A program made the translations under genes and the position numbers. From Lepidodermella squamata (Eukaryota > Animalia > Gastrotricha), in NCBI GenBank assembly GCA_047495785.1, contig JBLDXI010000013.1:434001-498000 (forward strand): a DNA stretch of 64,000 nucleotides, in the 5' to 3' direction. Every line of letters begins with the position of its first letter. The stretch's first letter is position 1. The notes under the pieces are model-generated. The model was given only the letters and a program-made list of their open reading frames with translations. It made no database searches and was not told the origin of the DNA. Below, piece by piece: positions 62,001-64,000 of the stretch.

Positions 62001-63048
62001 GATTTTGTTCCGAAATTTCTGGTAATGATTGCATTGATCCCATCGTATCTAACGATTTTTATTGGCATTGGTTGCATATCATGCGTTGAGCCTCGCTCCT
62101 CCCTATTCCGTCGTTCGTCTCCCACTTCTCCTCGCAATTTTCCTGTTTAACGCTATTTCGCACCGATGATGCAGCTTTAAAATTCAAGTGCGTGTGTACC
62201 ATTCTTTCCGTTCCTTATTTGTTCAAATTTTAGTAATAATTTTCTGTTGCGAAGGAATTTGTAAGACAATAATTACCATGCGAGAAAATCTTAGCTTGCA
62301 TTTTTGTTTTGTTCGGGTTTTGAAGACTCAAGATTTCGATAATGATTGGCAGCTGCTAAGCACAGCAACGCCTTTACCACGATTGAAGTTAGTAATCTGA
62401 AGCCTGTTTGATATCCAATGAATTCGCTTTGCGGATGCAACAACTCAGCGAACGCTTATTCTTGGCGAACTTTACAATCCAATTCCCTTTAGTACCCAGC
62501 CATTTGATTTAGGCCTCTTGTGAGCTGGAAACTTGAGTTACGCCATCTGACTCACCGTTGGTCACATGTAACCCGCTTAAGGCAACATGTAAAATTGCGG
62601 TCAAAAGATGGACTGTTCGAAATATCCATTTAACGCTTTTAATTGATCAGTCTTACTTTCTCCTTTTTATGCTAATTTATTTTTTTATTTTAGGGTATAA
62701 TTTTATTACATTGATAATAATTGTTTAGTATATTACATGTTTGTTAAATCGATCTATGCACAGCCTTTCTATAAATTCGCTGATTATTGGTTGCCTACGG
62801 GCTGAATGCACATTTTTACTGCGTTCATCAGTAATACGGCGCCACATCGTGAACTTGTTCAACTACCGCCCATCTCGTCATCTTCCTGTGTTCCCAGTTG
62901 CCTGTTTAGCTTCGCATTCGAGCAGCCCACTCAAGCGGCTCCAATTGTTGAACATTCGTTGTTGAGGCATCTATCCAGTTGCTCTGGTCCCCGTGAATTG
63001 GCTTTCAAACCATTTTCAGCTAACAAGACCAGCAGCTTCAAAATCAAG

Positions 63049-63731
63049 ATGAAACTATTCGGCTGCGTCAGTGATCGCAGCGACTCCGATACTCAAAGTA
63101 AAAAGATCGAAAAGCAGCTGAAAGAAGACAAGCAGAAATATAAATCCACCCATCGACTTCTTCTTCTGGGTTTGTTGTGCTTTGTATCAGAGTTTTCAAA
63201 TATTCTTTTGTGTTTCATGTTAGGTGCTGGAGAGTCTGGAAAATCCACCATCGTAAAACAGATGAAAATTTTACATATCAATGGATTTTCTAAAGAGTAA
63301 GTTATCGCTTCTAACTCATAACTGCATCATAATGAATTTTCCAACAGCGAAAAAGTCGAAAAAGTCATGGATATCAAACGCAATATTCGTGATGCTATTC
63401 TTGTAAGTTACTTGATCTAGGTCAAGTGGGTCAAACTAAGCTATGTATTTCTTTCAGAGCGTTGCCGGTGCGATGGGAACTATAAGCCCACCTATAGAGC
63501 TTGCTGATCCTTCTAAGAAGCCCAGTTTTGACTACGTGCTCAATGAAGTCAGCAAAAATACGTATGACTACCCCTCTGTAAGTTATACAATTAATTCAGG
63601 TGTTGGAATTTAGAATTATGTTTCTTCAATTAGGAATTTTTCGACCATGTTGCTAATCTATGGGCTGACAAAGGCATTCAACAGTGCTTTGATCGTGCAA
63701 ACGAATACCAGCTAATAGATTGCGCCAAATA
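63049..63731 (+). CDS. GNAS: Heterotrimeric G protein alpha-s subunit, 5' part (exons 63049-63169, 63224-63296, 63348-63402, 63458-63577, 63633-63731; continues beyond window)
   Basis: [43 protein letters not shown]...[10 protein letters not shown]...[39 protein letters not shown] and NEYQLIDCA are Gs-class signatures. Confidence 0.93.
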
Positions 63732-64000
63732 GTAAGTTTATTTACCTTGAGTTACCAACCGGACATTTTCCACCATGTCATTTGCTTTTAATTTCAAAAT
63801 CATTAAAAGCTATGAGCCTCCTAAATTACTGAGTTCTTTCCGTCATCAGTTGTCATCGTCAGGTAGCTTATAAGATTTTTAGGGCTGTATTCCGTATATC
63901 CGTAAGAAGTGATCAAGAGGCATATTGAGACAATTTTTGATCTCATCAGCACAACTTGAATTATGTCACGCTGCTACTGTTTTTTCTTGCAAGCTGCGTC

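Noticed and set aside
59500-62700. Short ORFs and small direct repeats (e.g. tcggcgacggg twice near 61689) between FBXO15-like and G-alpha-s
   Set aside because: No coding motifs or RNA-gene structure recognised; probably UTR exons and promoter DNA.

Overview
Eukaryotic DNA from an invertebrate animal with a compact genome and mostly ~50-60 nt GT-AG introns. I found no rRNA, tRNA or CRISPR array. Genes reconstructed by splicing across the ORF track, in order: CNBD1-like (+), white-type ABCG half transporter (-), FoxF (-), FAU/RPS30 (-), CC2D2A (-), a KCC-type SLC12 cotransporter (+), TMEM45 (+), a calmodulin/myosin-light-chain-like EF-hand gene (-), a cluster of five secreted paralogs (+) with a prohormone-like gene (-) nested among them, FBXO15-like (-), and the 5' part of G-alpha-s (+). 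Mobile DNA includes one intact foldback-type MITE with an 8-bp TSD, a degenerate MITE and short LINE RT remnants. The most interesting element is the tandem family at 40.9-56.5 kb, which the ORF track fragments. All five genes combine a signal peptide, a shared ~170-aa beta-rich domain I cannot assign to a named family, a Thr/Pro-rich linker and a C-terminal atypical Kunitz-like domain. Zero to two canonical Kunitz modules are shuffled in at different positions. All gene models and family calls are from manual reading and remembered family motifs; no searches were run.
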